The notes beneath the pieces are model-generated. The model saw only the letters and a list, made by a program, of their open reading frames with translations, made no database searches and was not told where the DNA came from. From Candidatus Spongiisociaceae bacterium (GTDB taxonomy: Bacteria > Actinomycetota > Acidimicrobiia > Spongiisociales > Spongiisociaceae): a DNA stretch of 64,000 nt. The position numbers were made by a program, and so were the translations under genes. Each line of letters begins with the position of its first letter. Position 1 is the stretch's first letter. The stretch is from the NCBI GenBank assembly GCA_965262915.1, contig OZ253564.1, positions 2,944,001 to 3,008,000 of the forward strand, written 5' to 3'. Below, piece after piece: positions 10,400 through 19,963 of the stretch.

Positions 10400-10593
10400 G
10401 TCGGACCAGGATCCCTTCGCCTCGGGGGATATTAGGCGTGCGCCGGCGGGTAAACGAAACTCCGTAGCTCCGCCGGGTCGTCACAGACACACCGAGGAGA
10501 GTACGGAACAATCCGCAGGCGGCCAGTCGCCCGAACAACAGAATGCCGATGGATGAGCGACGGGCCCGGAGCAAACTTCATTGTTCAGCCCTC

Positions 10594-12132
10594 CTACGCG
10601 CTCACCCGGCTGATGGGCGTCCCTATCGTGGCCGCGGTCTCGTGCAGCACGAGACCCCGCCCATCACAGGTGTGGCATACGTCCGAGAAGGACTCCACCA
10701 GGCCGCTCGACACGTTCTTGCGGGTCATCTCCACGAGTCCGAGGCTGGAAACCGAATGCACCTGGGTGGTCGTCTTGTCCCAGGCGAGGGTCCCGCGCAG
10801 CTTCGACAGGACCGCCTCGCGGTTCTTCTTGGACTCCATGTCGATGAAGTCGATGACGATGATCCCGCCGATGTCCCGGAGCCTCAGTTGGCGCCCGATC
10901 TCCTCGGCGGATTCCAGATTGTTGTGGAGGACCGTGTCCTCGAGGTTGACCTTGCCGACGAACTTGCCGGTGTTGACATCGATCACCGTCAGAGCCTCGG
11001 TCCGGTCGATGACCAGGTGACCGCCCGAAGGCAGCCATACCTTCCTGTCCAGGGCTCGCCGGAGTTGATCCTCGACCCGGAAGCGCTCGAACAGGCTCTG
11101 CTGCCGGTCCTCGGTGAGGTGCACCCGCCCTACGAGGTTGGGGGCCACCTGCTCGAGGTACCTGACCAGCGCCTGATGGGAGATCTTGTCGTCGATCAGC
11201 AGGCGCCGGAAGTCCTGGGTGAAGTGCTCGCGTATCGCGCGGATCAGCAGGCTCGGCTCGCGGTGCACCATCCGGGGTGCAGAACCCCCCTCGCTCTTCT
11301 TGTCGATCTCGCGCCACGTCGCCACCAGCCGTTTGATGTCGGCCGCGATCTCCTCCCGTGAGGCGCCGGACGCAGCCGTGCGGACTATCACGCCGAACCC
11401 CTGCGGCTTCTCGGCTTCGATGATCTGGCGTAGACGGGCACGTTCCCGATCGGGCAGGCGTCTCGATATACCGGTCATCTTGTTGAGGGGCGAGAGCACC
11501 AGGTGGCGCCCCGCCAGGGTTACCCGGCTGGTGAGTCGCGGACCCTTCCCGCCCATCGGGTCCTTGTCCACCTGCACGACCAGATGCTGCCCCGGCTTGA
11601 GCAGGTGCTCGATACGCGGACCGCCCCCATGGGTGCGGCGACGCGAGTTGAGATCACCGGCGTAGATCACGCCGTTCTTCTCGGTCCCTATGTCGAGGAA
11701 CGCCGCCTCGAGCCCCGGCAGAACGCTTCTCACCTTGCCCACATAGATGTTGCCGACCAGCGACTCCTGATCGGACCGGTGAACGTAGTGCTCCACCAGG
11801 AGGGGCCCTTCGAGAACCACCACCTGGGTCTGGTGCGGCAACACCCGGACCAGCATCTGCTTGCGACCGGTCCCGGGTGCGGACGCTGCCTCTGCCGGCT
11901 TCTGGCGGGCGGGAGAGGCCTTCTTCACAGAAGGCTGCTGGGCAGACCTCCTCCTCCGCTTCTTCTTGTTCCTGGCGTGCGCTCCCACCGATGTGGGTCG
12001 GGTGGGGAGCTCGCGTACCCGCCGGACTTTTACGGTCCTACGGCCGATCTTCCTGGTTGTTCGTTCTTCGGTTGGTTCGTCGCCGACTCCGCGGCGAACT
12101 ACTTCGGCTGTGCTGCGCCGAGAAAAAAACAT
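10594..12132 (-). CDS. rne: ribonuclease E/G family protein with basic N-terminal extension
   Basis: GNIYVGKV, AAFLDIG, IDVNTG, RLRDIGGIIVIDFIDM, LVEMTRK, CxxC; AAGGAG ribosome-binding site before the ATG. Confidence 0.92.
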   Translation of the reverse strand: MFFSRRSTAEVVRRGVGDEPTEERTTRKIGRRTVKVRRVRELPTRPTSVGAHARNKKKRRRRSAQQPSVKKASPARQKPAEAASAPGTGRKQMLVRVLPHQTQVVVLEGPLLVEHYVHRSDQESLVGNIYVGKVRSVLPGLEAAFLDIGTEKNGVIYAGDLNSRRRTHGGGPRIEHLLKPGQHLVVQVDKDPMGGKGPRLTSRVTLAGRHLVLSPLNKMTGISRRLPDRERARLRQIIEAEKPQGFGVIVRTAASGASREEIAADIKRLVATWREIDKKSEGGSAPRMVHREPSLLIRAIREHFTQDFRRLLIDDKISHQALVRYLEQVAPNLVGRVHLTEDRQQSLFERFRVEDQLRRALDRKVWLPSGGHLVIDRTEALTVIDVNTGKFVGKVNLEDTVLHNNLESAEEIGRQLRLRDIGGIIVIDFIDMESKKNREAVLSKLRGTLAWDKTTTQVHSVSSLGLVEMTRKNVSSGLVESFSDVCHTCDGRGLVLHETAATIGTPISRVSA

Positions 12133-12623
12133 TGCAGGCGACTCCTTGAGTAAGTCTGGTTACCGCGCCGGTTGGGTACGGGGGCCGGGTCGGTTCGGGA
12201 GCAGGGCGGTCAGAGCGGTCAGGCATAGCTTCCTGTGCTCCCGCTGTGCGGTCCGGCGCCCCTTCTTCGGTTGCGCGGTGTTGTCTGGCAGTGGCCGGTG
12301 CCCCCGACTGGTGTCCGGCCGGATTCATGAGCCGCTGCTCGACTCTCCGACGCCGGGTCGGAACGTATCTGTTGAACTGCTTGCCGAATCTGTGGTCTGC
12401 GTACGTACGAATCTCACCCGGTCCGTCGTTCATCCCTCGGTCGGTCGGAGTGTTCACTGGTCCTCGTGTTCAAAGGTCCTCATGACGCCGCCCTGAGCGG
12501 ATTCACCGGGAAACGGAGAAGCTGCAGCGCTAAATCGAAGGCGGCATCGGGGGCCAGGCTCATGCCGGGCCGCTTGCGCGGTCCAACAAATACTCTAGCA
12601 GCTTCGAGGAGGGTGGTCGAGGA

Positions 12624-13805
12624 TCAGTGTGAAGCGCCACGGTCGTGGTACGAGTCGCTCATCGGAGAGCGGGAGCGCCACACCGAATTGACGATGCCCA
12701 GCCCTGCCGCCATGGAGATCATCGCGGAACCCCCGGCGCTCACGAACGGGAGCGGCAGCCCGGTGACCGGAACCAACCCGATGGTCATCCCGATGTTGAC
12801 GAAGATGTGGAATGACAGAAGGGATGCCATGCCGACCGCGATGAAAGCCCCGAAACGGTTGGGCGCCCCGGCGGCAACGATCAGGATCCTCCACACCAGC
12901 ACCGCGTACATGATGATGACGGCCGCCCCGCCCAAGAAGCCGAACTGCTCGCCGATCGCGGTGAAGATGAAGTCGGAGGTCTGCGCCGGTATGAAGTTGA
13001 GCCGGGTCTGGGTTCCCTGGAAGAGCCCCCGCCCGAGGAGTTGGCCCGAGCCGATGGCGATCTGCGACTGGTATAGGTGCCAGTTGACACCCTGCAGGTC
13101 TCTGGTCTGGTCGAAGAAGCCAGCCAGACGTTCCACCTGGTAAGAGCGAAGGACTTCGAGGCGGAAGACGGCCATGATCCCACCCACACTGATCGCCATG
13201 AGGACCGCCATCTGCTTTATTCCGGTGCCGGCTGCGAAGAGGATCCCGATGGCGATGAACCCGAACACCAGCATGGTCCCTAGATCGGGTTGCCTGAAGA
13301 TGAGCGAACCGGGTAAGGCCATAAGGGCCAGGGCCAGGGCCAGACGCCTCCAGCCGAGCTTCCGTTTGGATTCGCGCGCCAGGAATCCGCCAAGCACCAC
13401 GACCAGCGCCACCTTGGCGAATTCCGAGGGCTGGAACTGGAAGGATCCCAGCGGGATCCATCTGGAGGCGCCCTGATGAGGCGGGAAGAACAGAACCGCC
13501 ACCAGAACCGCCACCATGGTCCCGTATATGGGGACGAGCATGCGCCGGTAGATCCGGTAGTCGATCATCGATACGGCGACGAAGGCCACCAGGGCTACGC
13601 CGCCGAACACCAGCTGCCGTCGCATCGCGGCGGTCGGGTCGCCCGACTCGGCCTCCAGCCGTACATAGGTGGCCGAGTAGACCATGAGCGCTCCGAGGGC
13701 CACCAGACCGGCCATCAGCACGAACATGACGACATCCGGAGTCGGCTTGGAGCGGTCCCGGAAGAGCCCCCCCACCCCGTCGAGCGTGCGTCCGGCTACC
13801 GCCAT
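12624..13805 (-). CDS. rodA: rod shape-determining SEDS protein
   Basis: GASRWI, QPSEFAK, QPDLG, TSDFIF, PVTGLPLPFVSAGGS; follows mrdA. Confidence 0.93.
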   Translation of the reverse strand: MAVAGRTLDGVGGLFRDRSKPTPDVVMFVLMAGLVALGALMVYSATYVRLEAESGDPTAAMRRQLVFGGVALVAFVAVSMIDYRIYRRMLVPIYGTMVAVLVAVLFFPPHQGASRWIPLGSFQFQPSEFAKVALVVVLGGFLARESKRKLGWRRLALALALMALPGSLIFRQPDLGTMLVFGFIAIGILFAAGTGIKQMAVLMAISVGGIMAVFRLEVLRSYQVERLAGFFDQTRDLQGVNWHLYQSQIAIGSGQLLGRGLFQGTQTRLNFIPAQTSDFIFTAIGEQFGFLGGAAVIIMYAVLVWRILIVAAGAPNRFGAFIAVGMASLLSFHIFVNIGMTIGLVPVTGLPLPFVSAGGSAMISMAAGLGIVNSVWRSRSPMSDSYHDRGASH

Positions 13806-13815
13806 CGGTGCCCTA

Positions 13816-13916
13816 GGAGGGTGCTGTAGAACGGCGGGGAGCAACGGCCCGTCTTCCTCTGAACAGGCATCATGTCATCGGTCGACGGGCCGTGAAGGGG
13901 CCTCACACCATCCTCC
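13816..13916. mobile_element. MITE family B copy at the mrdA stop codon
   Basis: Imperfect IR ggagggtg...ccatcctcc, CTAG on both sides (13813-16 and 13916-19); homologous to 30509-30610. Confidence 0.8.
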
Positions 13917-15862
13917 TAGCGCTCCGTGTCCTCGCCGGCCACCAATGGGGTGACCACCTCCCCCAAGAGGTGTTGCATGACCGCTCGCACGGCGGGCGCG
14001 GCCACCGCGCCGCCCGATCCGCCCTCGTCCACCATCACCGCTACCACCCACTCGGGAGCGTCGATGGGCGCCACTCCCACGAACCATGCTGTGGCGTCGT
14101 GGAAGGTTCCGTCCTGATCCTCGAAGGCCTGGGCCGTGCCGGTCTTACCACCGACCAGTTCAGCCAGCCGACCCATGTCCTCGAATGCTCTGCGGGCGGT
14201 CCCCGACCGGACCACCGATGCCAGATCGGATCGCAGGGATGCCACTGTATCGGGGTGGATGTCGACCGTACGTAACACGCGGGGTTCGAGCGCGCGGATC
14301 CGCTCTCCGACCGGGGATTCGATACCCTCCGCCACCCGCGGCTGGTAGACGGTCCCACCGTTGAGGATCGAGGCGTACGCGACCGCCATCTGGAGCGGGG
14401 TGGCCAGGATGGGCCCCTGGCCGACTACCAGGTTCATCAGGTCGCCCCCCAGCCAACCCTCGGCTCGCACCCTCCACGGCTGGCTCTCCTGCCATTCCTC
14501 GAAGAGCTGCCGATCTCCGAGGATCCCCTCGTTCTCGAAGGGCAGGTCGACTTGCGTACCGCGCCCGAATCCCACATCGGCGGCCCAGTCCTGAACGATG
14601 CCCTCGCGGCCGGTGCGAGCGTAGTCACGCCATATGGACAGTGCGATCTCCCAAAAGTAGATGTTGCACGAGCGGCGGAGAGCGTCATGGAGGTTCTGGC
14701 GACCGTCGGAAGCCGGATATGTCCAGTTCCGCCACCTCAGCCGGGAGTCATCGCCGAGGTCGGCAGCGAGCTGGGGAGAGCACTCGATGTGCTCCTCGGG
14801 TGACGAGACCCCCCTCGGGAAGATGCCTTCCTCCAGAGCGGTCACGTAAGTGATGACCTTGAAGGTGGAGGCGGGAGGTTTGAGACCCTGGATGACCAGG
14901 TTGTTGAACGCCTGGCGGCTCGACAACTCCTCGAAGGTGTCCACATCGATCCCGCCCACGAAAGCCTGCGGTTCGAACGTGGGGTGGGAGGCCATCGCCA
15001 GGATCGCACCGGTGTCGACCTCCATCACCACGGCGGCGGCCCGCTCGGCCGGCTGGGGTATACGATTCGGATCCTGGTCGGTCCGCTCGCCCTTCAGGAC
15101 GTTGGACAACTCGATCGCCTCCTCGAGGATACGTTCGACGGTCTCCTGGGTGGCAACATCTAGGGTGAGACGCAGGGTCGAGCCCTGAACCGGTTCCTCC
15201 ACGCCTATCTCCTCCAGGATGTCCCCGTTCGGGTTGACGCGGTAGGCGACCTTGCCCGGACTACCTCGAAGGTACTCGTCGTACTCCCGTTCCACGCCCA
15301 GTTTCCCCACCGGTGTGTTGGTGTCCAACCACGGTCGGCGTTCGAGGTCGCCGCGCGAAGGGAGCCCGATGTGGCCGATGACATGCCCCATCAGCTGTCC
15401 ACGGAAGTATCCGCGCACCGGCAGCGTCCTGACGGTCACGCCCGGAAGGCTCGGCCGCCGCTCCATCACCAGGTAGGCCGTATCGGTGTCGATGGGGAAG
15501 CTGGTCAGGGCCGCGGTCCCTCCGGACGCGGTACGTTCGACCTCCCGGCGCACCTCGACCGGGGGGACATCCAGGATGGCGGCCAGCCTCTGGATGACGT
15601 CGTGCTCGACCTCGAGCGGTAGCACCGCCCTGTTGACCTCGAGGATCAGATGAGGCCGCGAGGTTGCCAGCGGGATCCCGTTCCGGTCGACGATGTTGCC
15701 TCGGGGAGCGGCGATGGACTCGATGCTGACGATGTTCTGGTCGGCCAACTCGAGGAAGTCGGCGCCGACCGCCAGCTGAACGAACCAGAGCCTGATGAAG
15801 AGGACGGCGAAACACCCCGTGAACACTAGGGCGAGCAGGCCCACCCTCCACCTGGGTCTCAT
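13916..15862 (-). CDS. mrdA: penicillin-binding protein 2
   Basis: N-terminal TM helix, APRGNIVDRNG, SxxK (STFK), SCN, KTG; in the mre cluster. Confidence 0.93.
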   Translation of the reverse strand: MRPRWRVGLLALVFTGCFAVLFIRLWFVQLAVGADFLELADQNIVSIESIAAPRGNIVDRNGIPLATSRPHLILEVNRAVLPLEVEHDVIQRLAAILDVPPVEVRREVERTASGGTAALTSFPIDTDTAYLVMERRPSLPGVTVRTLPVRGYFRGQLMGHVIGHIGLPSRGDLERRPWLDTNTPVGKLGVEREYDEYLRGSPGKVAYRVNPNGDILEEIGVEEPVQGSTLRLTLDVATQETVERILEEAIELSNVLKGERTDQDPNRIPQPAERAAAVVMEVDTGAILAMASHPTFEPQAFVGGIDVDTFEELSSRQAFNNLVIQGLKPPASTFKVITYVTALEEGIFPRGVSSPEEHIECSPQLAADLGDDSRLRWRNWTYPASDGRQNLHDALRRSCNIYFWEIALSIWRDYARTGREGIVQDWAADVGFGRGTQVDLPFENEGILGDRQLFEEWQESQPWRVRAEGWLGGDLMNLVVGQGPILATPLQMAVAYASILNGGTVYQPRVAEGIESPVGERIRALEPRVLRTVDIHPDTVASLRSDLASVVRSGTARRAFEDMGRLAELVGGKTGTAQAFEDQDGTFHDATAWFVGVAPIDAPEWVVAVMVDEGGSGGAVAAPAVRAVMQHLLGEVVTPLVAGEDTER

Positions 15863-15924
15863 CGGCTTATCGTCGCGTTCTCGCCGCCGGGATCCGGGTC
15901 GGGCGCGGCGCCGGGCCTGGTGCC

Positions 15925-16446
15925 TCACAGCAACCCTCCCGGCCGGCCGTACCGCGATGACGACCATGAGGTGAACAGCTTGGCGATCAATGGGAGCATG
16001 GCCAACGCCAGCACCATGTTGTACGCCGGAACCAGGAGAAACGTCTTGAGGATCCCGGGCGATCCGAGAGTTCCCTCACCGAACAGCGTACCGATCAGAG
16101 CCACCGTGGCCAGCCCTATGAAAGTTATCAGCCCGACCGCCGACACGGCGAAGTGGATACCGTAGTTGAAGCGGTCCCCGACCCGCACGGTCGCGTAGGC
16201 GGCCAGAGTGAAGGCCAGTCCGTGCAGCCCCAAAGGCGCGGTTCCCAACAGATCCAGCAGCAACCCCCCGATGAAGCCCAGTATGACCCCGGGCTCCGGT
16301 CTCAGCCATTGGACACAGGCGATCACGATCAGCAGGACCACATCCGGGCTCTCACCGAAGGGACGTACGCTGTGGAAGATGGTGGTCTGTGCCAGCACGG
16401 CCAGGACCACCAGCAGGAGCGACAGGAATACACGTCGGGCGGTCAC
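15925..16446 (-). CDS. mreD: rod shape-determining protein MreD
   Basis: Hydrophobic; PDVVLL, GGLLLDLL; lies between mreC and mrdA. Confidence 0.88.
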   Translation of the reverse strand: MTARRVFLSLLLVVLAVLAQTTIFHSVRPFGESPDVVLLIVIACVQWLRPEPGVILGFIGGLLLDLLGTAPLGLHGLAFTLAAYATVRVGDRFNYGIHFAVSAVGLITFIGLATVALIGTLFGEGTLGSPGILKTFLLVPAYNMVLALAMLPLIAKLFTSWSSSRYGRPGGLL

Positions 16447-17462
16447 CGGCTGGTTCCCTCCCCGCGGTCGTCCGCCGCTCCCGGCCTGCTCTCGCCGTCC
16501 GCCACCGTGGGGCCATCCAAGCCGGCCTCCTCGTCAGCCTCGATCTGGTCCGGGGCCGGAGGCCATGGGATCACGGCTACGTACTCGAGCCGGTCGACAT
16601 CGCCTATTGGGGTCACCTCCACGCGGACAACGCCGGACCGGGGTGACGCCGAGGCGACCACCGTACCCACGTCCAGGCCCTTGGGAAACGAGTTAGATTC
16701 TCCGAACGGGCCGTAGGTGGTCAGGAGCTCGCCAGGCCGCACGGGTGCGTCGGCATCGAGGATCGACAGCTCCAGGATTCCCGTACCGAGGCCCTCGACT
16801 ATCCCCCGGCGCCCGTCCGCCAGTCGCACGGTCACACCCGGGGCCCGCCGGGAGGTGATGGGTGTCACGGTCGCTACCCGTTGGGTGGCCTCGAAGACCA
16901 CCCCCACCAGCGCACCTTGGCTGTCTATCACCGGCTGGCCGGCGTGTACCCCGTCATCGGTTCCCCGATCGATGATGAGCGTCGGGTCGAGCGTACCGGC
17001 CCGGCCGGTCACTTCCGCGGTGACCGCCAGTTCGTGGATGTCGTCCACCAGGCGCAGGCCGAGAAGGGTGTTGAGTTCGTCGACGCGCGCCTCGAGGTGG
17101 TCGACGTGGATGACCTCGGCTTCCAGTTCGGCGATCCGGTCCCTTAGCCGTTGGTTCTCGTCCCGGAGACCGGCCAGATTGGCGAGCCCGTCGGTGAATT
17201 CGACTATCGGGGTGATCACCACGTTCACTCCCGCCTGGATGGGTGCCACCAGGAACTGCGCGACGTTGCGCAATGTGGCGCCGATGCCCTCGTCGGACGA
17301 GCGGACGTCGAAGGTCATCAACAACAGCGAGATGGCGAGCAGCATTATGGCAACGAAGGCGGATCGGTCGGTGCGGCGCTCGGAGCGGCGCTTCGCCGAG
17401 GGTGCCCGGGTCGGAGTGTCGGGGCCTATCGTCGGGCGGTCGATCGAGGACATGGTACTCAT
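16443..17462 (-). CDS. mreC: rod shape-determining protein MreC
   Basis: TM helix, coiled coil (LRDENQRLR), IDRGTDDGV, FPKGLDVG; start approximate. Confidence 0.9.
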   Translation of the reverse strand: MSTMSSIDRPTIGPDTPTRAPSAKRRSERRTDRSAFVAIMLLAISLLLMTFDVRSSDEGIGATLRNVAQFLVAPIQAGVNVVITPIVEFTDGLANLAGLRDENQRLRDRIAELEAEVIHVDHLEARVDELNTLLGLRLVDDIHELAVTAEVTGRAGTLDPTLIIDRGTDDGVHAGQPVIDSQGALVGVVFEATQRVATVTPITSRRAPGVTVRLADGRRGIVEGLGTGILELSILDADAPVRPGELLTTYGPFGESNSFPKGLDVGTVVASASPRSGVVRVEVTPIGDVDRLEYVAVIPWPPAPDQIEADEEAGLDGPTVADGESRPGAADDRGEGTSR

Positions 17463-17609
17463 CTGCGGGCCCGTATCCGGGACGGACGCGCCCGGCAAGC
17501 CAGCGCTCCCGATGAGCACCGGCAGCCGGCCCTCGACCGTGGAGCCTCATGGAAGATTCTCGGTAACGGATGCGAAACCCGTGGCATGATTGCCTGTTGG
17601 TACTTCTAA

Positions 17610-17753
17610 GAGGGTGCGCGGGTAGGCGGAGCGCGGTCGCCCGTGTAGTCACTTCCCATCCGCCTGCCGGCCAGGAAACCCCTGGTCATCTCTGTCTCCT
17701 CTTCGAATGTCGCAAGGCTATTCCCCCAGGCGAGCACCCGTCCGCACACCGTC
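17610..17753. mobile_element. MITE family A, diverged copy
   Basis: gagggtgcgcgggtagg...gagcacccgtccgcacaccgtc; close to 58616-58760. Confidence 0.7.
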
Positions 17754-17845
17754 TGGAGGGACTCGGGTAGGAAGGCGGCCCCGTCTCCGGTGACAGGGAG
17801 CCGGAGTGTCGTAGGGTAGCCGGGTGCCGCGTATTCGGTTCGCTC

Positions 17846-18886
17846 TCATCCCTTCCAAGGGCGGCCGGAGGAGTCGAGCACCGTGTGCAGCACCTCGTAC
17901 TCCTCGAGGCACTTACCCGACCCGATGACGACAGACTGCAGGGGTCGGTCGGCGATGCTGACCATCATCCCGGTTTCGAAGGAGATGCGGTGGTTGAGGG
18001 CCTTCAGCAGAGCACCGCCACCCGTGATGACGATACCCGTGTCCATGAGGTCGGCGGCCAACTCCGGTGGCGTGTTGTCCAGGGTGACCCGCACTGCGTC
18101 GACGATCGAGGAGACGGGTTCTTCGATCGCCGTCCGGACCTCGGAGGCCGATATGAGAATGGTCTTGGGAAGCCCGGACACCAGGTCCCGGCCTCGGACC
18201 TCGGCGCTCGGCTCGTCCTGGAACGGGTAGGCCGAACCGATGGTCATCTTGATCTGCTCGGAGGTACGCAGGCCCAGTAGCAGGTTGTGCTCCTTCTTGA
18301 TCCACTCGACGATGCGTTCGTCCATCTCGTCGCCACCCACCCGGATGCTCTTGGAGACTACGATGCCGCCCAGGGCGATCACGGCCACCTCGGTGGTGCC
18401 ACCACCGATGTCGACGACCATCGACCCGATCGGCTCGTTGACGGGGAGAGCGCAGCCGATGGCGGCCGCCATCGGCTCGTCGATGGTGAACGCCCGGCGG
18501 GCTCCGGCGTGGTAGGCCGCCTCCTCCACTGCCCGTCGCTCCACTCCGGTGATGCCCGACGGTACGCATATGACGATGCGGGGCTTGGCCCAGCGGCGCC
18601 GATGAACCCTCTGTATGAAGTAGCGCAGCATCCGCTCGGTTATGTCGAAGTCGGCGATCACCCCGTCGCGCAGAGGTCGGATGGCCTGGACGTACGAGGG
18701 GGTGCGGCCGATCATTCGCTTGGCGTCCATACCCACCGCCAACGCTTCGTTCGTGTGGGTGTTGATGGCGACTACCGAGGGCTCGTTGAGCACCACGCCA
18801 CGATTCCGCACGTACACGAGAGTGTTAGCGGTGCCGAGATCGACGGCCATGTCTTGGCCGGCGATCGTGAACAGGTTCTCGGCCAT
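17846..18886 (-). CDS. mreB: rod shape-determining protein MreB
   Basis: DLGTANT, RPLRDGVIADF, DIGGGTT, TGGGALL. Confidence 0.97.
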   Translation of the reverse strand: MAENLFTIAGQDMAVDLGTANTLVYVRNRGVVLNEPSVVAINTHTNEALAVGMDAKRMIGRTPSYVQAIRPLRDGVIADFDITERMLRYFIQRVHRRRWAKPRIVICVPSGITGVERRAVEEAAYHAGARRAFTIDEPMAAAIGCALPVNEPIGSMVVDIGGGTTEVAVIALGGIVVSKSIRVGGDEMDERIVEWIKKEHNLLLGLRTSEQIKMTIGSAYPFQDEPSAEVRGRDLVSGLPKTILISASEVRTAIEEPVSSIVDAVRVTLDNTPPELAADLMDTGIVITGGGALLKALNHRISFETGMMVSIADRPLQSVVIGSGKCLEEYEVLHTVLDSSGRPWKG

Positions 18887-19012
18887 TGGTACACCCCGAG
18901 TCGAAATCGTCCCCCGATTGTAGTCCCTACTGGAACGGGCGAGACCCTGGGAGCCCTACTAGTCCGGCCCGTTTCCCGGGAGGGCGGTACGAAACCGCCG
19001 ACCTTACCTCAC

Positions 19013-19423
19013 CTACCGCTCTCCGAACCAGATGTCCAGCTCGCGTTCGGCGCCCTCGGGGCTGTCGGATCCGTGGACGATGTTCTCAGCGATGTCCAAG
19101 CCGTAGTCACCCCTGATGGTTCCCGGAGGAGCCTCCACCGGGTTGGTACTCCCGATCATGGTTCGTGCGACCGATACGGCCGAGTTCCCCGACCACTGCA
19201 TGGCGACCACCGGTCCCGATGTTACGAACGCCAGCAGGTCGGAGTAGAACGCCTTGCTCCGATGTTCCGCGTAGTGGAGGGCGGCGGTGTCCTCGTCGGG
19301 GACCAGCATCTCAAGCCGATCGAGCGACAGGCCCTTGGCCTCGAAGCGGGCGATCACCTCGCCCACCAGCCGGCGGCGAACCCCATCGGGTTTGACCATT
19401 ATGAAGGTGTTCTGATGGCTCAT
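19013..19423 (-). CDS. ndk: nucleoside-diphosphate kinase
   Basis: MVKPDGV, PGTIRGD, NIVHGSDS. Confidence 0.97.
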   Translation of the reverse strand: MSHQNTFIMVKPDGVRRRLVGEVIARFEAKGLSLDRLEMLVPDEDTAALHYAEHRSKAFYSDLLAFVTSGPVVAMQWSGNSAVSVARTMIGSTNPVEAPPGTIRGDYGLDIAENIVHGSDSPEGAERELDIWFGER

Positions 19424-19592
19424 CGCCGGTTACCGGTGGTCGGTGGTCGGTGGTCGGTGGTGACCGGTTCCGTCAGCAGCATCGAGGGGGACCTCACGAT
19501 GGTGGGTGGTCGGTGGCGGTCCGGGCTGTTGCCGAGGCCGCGGACCCTCACTCTAGTTCCACTTTGCAGCAAGGTTGCCGACACGTGTCTGA

Positions 19593-19735
19593 GAGGGTGC
19601 GCGGATAGGCGGACCGCAAGCACCCTGTCGATAGACCATGCCCGGTTGAGGATCGAAGAACACCTGGTCATCGTCGTGTACTCATCAACGTCGCACCCAG
19701 TAGTTCTCCAGGTGAGCACCTATCCGCGCACCCTC
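19593..19735. mobile_element. MITE family A copy (143 bp)
   Basis: Perfect 17-bp terminal IR; TGA on both flanks (19590-92 and 19736-38). Confidence 0.85.
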
Positions 19736-19739
19736 TGAG

Positions 19740-19927
19740 CCTGAATCCACCGATGGGGAGCGCGCAGCGGACATGGAGATATGGTGGAAATGCCTCCTGA
19801 TCTGCGGCGATAGCTATTGGTAAGGATGGTTCGGTCCTGGGAAGAGGAGCAACTTCCTGTGAGTGGTGGATCCCGGAGATCGCCCTGGTCAGGATTGGTC
19901 TTCGGAACATGAATCGGTGGATTCAGG
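19740..19927. mobile_element. non-autonomous IS1380-derived MITE (188 bp)
   Basis: Ends cctgaatccaccg...cggtggattcagg match those of the IS1380 at 35484-37299; 5-bp CTGAG duplication. Confidence 0.88.
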
Positions 19928-19963
19928 CTGAGGGCCGGATCGGCGATGTCCTCCAGGCGGGTG

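Noticed and set aside
12038-12457. 139-aa ORF upstream of rne, or a frameshifted rne N-terminus
   Set aside because: No recognisable motifs; rne has its own AAGGAG-ATG; more likely an untranslated leader, though not excluded.
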